Shown: piece by piece, positions 50,159-52,366 of the stretch | How the letters are laid out: each line of letters begins with the position of its first letter | Position numbering within the stretch: the stretch's first letter is position 1 | Origin: a virus | IMG/VR virus record: IMGVR_UViG_3300030000_000014 | Strand: one strand, 5' to 3' | DNA: 52,366 nucleotides | Notes under the pieces: model-generated | What the model was told of the DNA's origin: nothing | The model's database searches: none | The model's input: only the letters and a program-made list of their open reading frames with translations | Position numbers and translations under genes: made by a program

Positions 50159-52090
50159 ATGAAAATAACACTAAAAAAGCTGACACTCCGAGGATTTAGA
50201 GGGGTCGTTTCAGAAAGTTTTGAGTTTATCGGTCGTGAAACTTTCATTCATGGTCGAAACAAAGCAGGAAAAACATCGCTATACGATGCTTTCCTATGGG
50301 TGAATTTCGGAAAGGACCACTTGGATCGTTCCGATTATCAATTGAAAACTCGTGATTTACTTGGTAACACGAAACCAAAAACAGAATGCGAAGTTGAAGA
50401 AGTTCTTGATGTAGATGGTAAGATTACTACACTCAGACGAGTGTACGGTGAAAATTGGGTAAAACCAAAAGGAGAAGCCGAAGAAGTATTCAAAGGAAAT
50501 ACAACGACCTATTATATCAATGATGTGGACGTACCAAAATCTGAGTACGATGCTTTTGTATTAGGTCTTTGTGGTGAAAAAGTTTTCAAGTCAATTACCA
50601 ACCCGCATTATTTCCCAAGTCTTAGTAAGGACGAACAGAGAGCTTTATTATTCAGCATGGCCGGAGAAATAACCAACGAATCGGTTGCAGCAACTAACAA
50701 AGCATTTCAAGAGTTATTGACTGAAATTACTGGTGTTTCGTTTGACTCTTTCCGTAAGGAATTGGCAGCCAAAAAACGCAGGATAAAAGAGGAGTTAGCC
50801 GGTATTGAACCGAGAATTGACGAGTTGAAAAGAACGATGCCCGAAATTCCCGATCTTGATGCAATCAACAAAGAATTGGAAGAAAAGAAAGGTAAAATTG
50901 AACTTGTCGAAATGTCAATTTCAGACATTGCTAAACAGTCCGAAAGCGTTCAGAAAGAACGGTTAGAATGGCAGGGTGAAATCAACAAGTTGGAGCTTGA
51001 AAACCAACAACTAGGCTTTGAAGAAACTCAAAAGCAATCGCAAGCAATTCAGGAAGTAAAACGTAAGATTGATGTCGTAAAATCAAGTAACCTTGAAGTA
51101 GAAAACAAAGAAGCTCAACGGAAACAGAAAGTAGTTTCTTTGAATAAAGAAAAGGACGAAAAGCTTGAAATTATTGCACAGTATCGCAAAGAATATCAGA
51201 ATATAAATGCTGAAACTCTAACATTTCCCGAAGGAGCTTTTGAATGTCCTACCTGCAAACGATTACTTGAACCGTCAGACATTGATGCAAAGCAAGCTGA
51301 ATTGGTAGCCAATTTCAACAACGAAAAGGCAAGACGGATTGAAGAAAATAAGAAGAAAGGTCTTGCGATTAAAACTCGATTGGATGAAATTGAGAAAGAA
51401 CTTGAACAGCTTGTTGTACCTGTTGAAGCTGAAAAGTTCACAGGCACAAAGTTGGATATTCTAAACGAAGAACTTGTAAAAGTATCACAGCCGATACCGT
51501 TAACCGAAAAGCAAAACGAAAACCAAGGAAAAATAAACTGGTTCCGTTCCAAGCTCAATGAAGAAGTAAATTTGCAAGGAAATCAACGCTTCATTGAAGA
51601 AAAGAACCAACTGCAAGGCGAGATTGATAAATTGAAAGAACGACTTGCATTGAAAGACGTTGTTGAAAATACGAATACCCGGATCAAGCAACTAGAAGGA
51701 CAATTCAAAACACTCAACCAGGAGTTGGCCCATCTTGAAAGAAAAGAATTTACGCTGAAAGAATTTGAATTTGCAAAGAATACTGAATACGAAGTTCGTA
51801 TCAATCAAATGTTCAAATATGTAAAATTCAAGTTATTTGCTCAGCAAGTAGATGGTCAGATTATCCCAACTTGTGAAGCTATGATTGATGGAGTTCTTTA
51901 CTCTACTTTGAACAATGCAGATCAATACAAATGCGGTTTGGATATTATCAATACCATTTCAGCCTATAACGATAAGTACGCACCTATATGGCTTGACAAC
52001 CGTGAGGGAGTAACTGAAATCCCTGAAATGACAGCACAAGTTATCAATTTGGTTGTAAATCCTGAGAAACAAAAACTTACTATCGTTTAG
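50159..52090 (+). CDS. Rad50/SbcC-like AAA ATPase with coiled coil and CxxC zinc hook
   Basis: N-terminal LRGFRG...HGRNKAGKTSLYDAFLWVNFG (Walker A). Long coiled coil with ECPTCKR at its centre. C-terminal IWLDNREG (Walker B/D-loop). Confidence 0.7.
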   Translation: MKITLKKLTLRGFRGVVSESFEFIGRETFIHGRNKAGKTSLYDAFLWVNFGKDHLDRSDYQLKTRDLLGNTKPKTECEVEEVLDVDGKITTLRRVYGENWVKPKGEAEEVFKGNTTTYYINDVDVPKSEYDAFVLGLCGEKVFKSITNPHYFPSLSKDEQRALLFSMAGEITNESVAATNKAFQELLTEITGVSFDSFRKELAAKKRRIKEELAGIEPRIDELKRTMPEIPDLDAINKELEEKKGKIELVEMSISDIAKQSESVQKERLEWQGEINKLELENQQLGFEETQKQSQAIQEVKRKIDVVKSSNLEVENKEAQRKQKVVSLNKEKDEKLEIIAQYRKEYQNINAETLTFPEGAFECPTCKRLLEPSDIDAKQAELVANFNNEKARRIEENKKKGLAIKTRLDEIEKELEQLVVPVEAEKFTGTKLDILNEELVKVSQPIPLTEKQNENQGKINWFRSKLNEEVNLQGNQRFIEEKNQLQGEIDKLKERLALKDVVENTNTRIKQLEGQFKTLNQELAHLERKEFTLKEFEFAKNTEYEVRINQMFKYVKFKLFAQQVDGQIIPTCEAMIDGVLYSTLNNADQYKCGLDIINTISAYNDKYAPIWLDNREGVTEIPEMTAQVINLVVNPEKQKLTIV

Positions 52091-52108
52091 TAATCTTTAA
52101 CTCAATAA

Positions 52109-52142
52109 GTGAGTGTATAACACTCACTTATTGCTAGATTTA
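52109..52142 (+). promoter_or_regulatory. Palindrome plus -7 box cassette, copy F
   Basis: GTGAGTGT-ATA-ACACTCAC (perfect 8-bp arms), then TAGATTTA at 52135-52142. Confidence 0.6.
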
Positions 52143-52178
52143 CATATTATTTAAAACAAACAAATTTATAGTAGCAGT

Positions 52179-52366
52179 ATGGAAAATTACAAGACAAAAG
52201 AAGAAGTTGAAAAACTCTTAGGTGTAAAAATTGAAATTAAAGACGGAAAATTTCATTATGGCGGTTCTCTCGACCTACGTGGTACGCAAATCAGTGTCCT
52301 ACCCGATAACTTGACAGTTGGCGGTTCTCTCGACCTACGTGGTACGCAAATCAGTGTCCTACCCGA
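52179..52366 (+). CDS. 5' part of the LRR-like tandem-repeat protein (continues at 1-788)
   Basis: TAGTAGCAGTATG start. MENYKTKEEVEKLLGVKIEIKDGKFHY, then the repeat units in the same frame as position 3 of the window. Confidence 0.8.
   Translation, partial: MENYKTKEEVEKLLGVKIEIKDGKFHYGGSLDLRGTQISVLPDNLTVGGSLDLRGTQISVLP
52270..52366 (+). repeat. 1.6 further copies of the 60-bp repeat, identical to 1-97
   Basis: Direct comparison of the last 97 nt with the first 97 nt. Confidence 0.95.

Overview
This window looks like a complete ~52.3-kb genome of a temperate, siphovirus-like tailed phage. The contig ends overlap inside a 60-bp tandem repeat: 1-97 equals 52270-52366. One gene therefore runs from 52179 across the junction to 788, so the molecule is circular or terminally redundant. 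The host is probably Bacteroidota. Supporting evidence is the AT-rich sequence, mostly absent Shine-Dalgarno sites, TAnnTTTG-type -7 promoter boxes, a Bacteroides-type tyrosine integrase and a DUF4373-type replication protein. Almost everything is on the + strand in recognisable modules:
- Recombination and replication (Rad50-like ATPase, LRR-repeat protein, RecT, MBL-fold hydrolase, NinB-like, DUF4373 initiator, SSB, NinG).
- DUF488, HNH endonuclease, N6-MTase-like and ParB-like genes.
- Packaging and head (TerS, TerL, portal, gp7-like protein).
- An accessory island of small genes (RadC/JAB, split nucleotidyltransferase) embedded in the morphogenesis module.
- Scaffold, decoration protein, gpE-like capsid, connectors, tail tube, G/GT chaperone, 1358-aa tape measure, Dit and a 1786-aa fibre.
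- A minus-strand lipoprotein moron.
- Lysis (holin-like protein, amidase, u-spanin-like protein).
- A methylase island containing a C5-MTase with about 7 tandem TRD-like repeats.
- attP and integrase, a minus-strand lysogeny operon, Cro-like and LuxR-type regulators and Xis.

The most unusual signals are non-coding or repeat-based:
- Nucleotide-identical 60-bp coding repeats that build an LRR-like protein.
- A 19-bp palindrome plus -7 box cassette at seven module boundaries.
- An AGTAGCAGTATG start context shared by about 10 non-structural genes.
- A three-copy TTCSSGAA plus GAGTA-iteron element, one copy inside the replication gene.

All functional calls come from motif recognition by eye. 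No searches were run.
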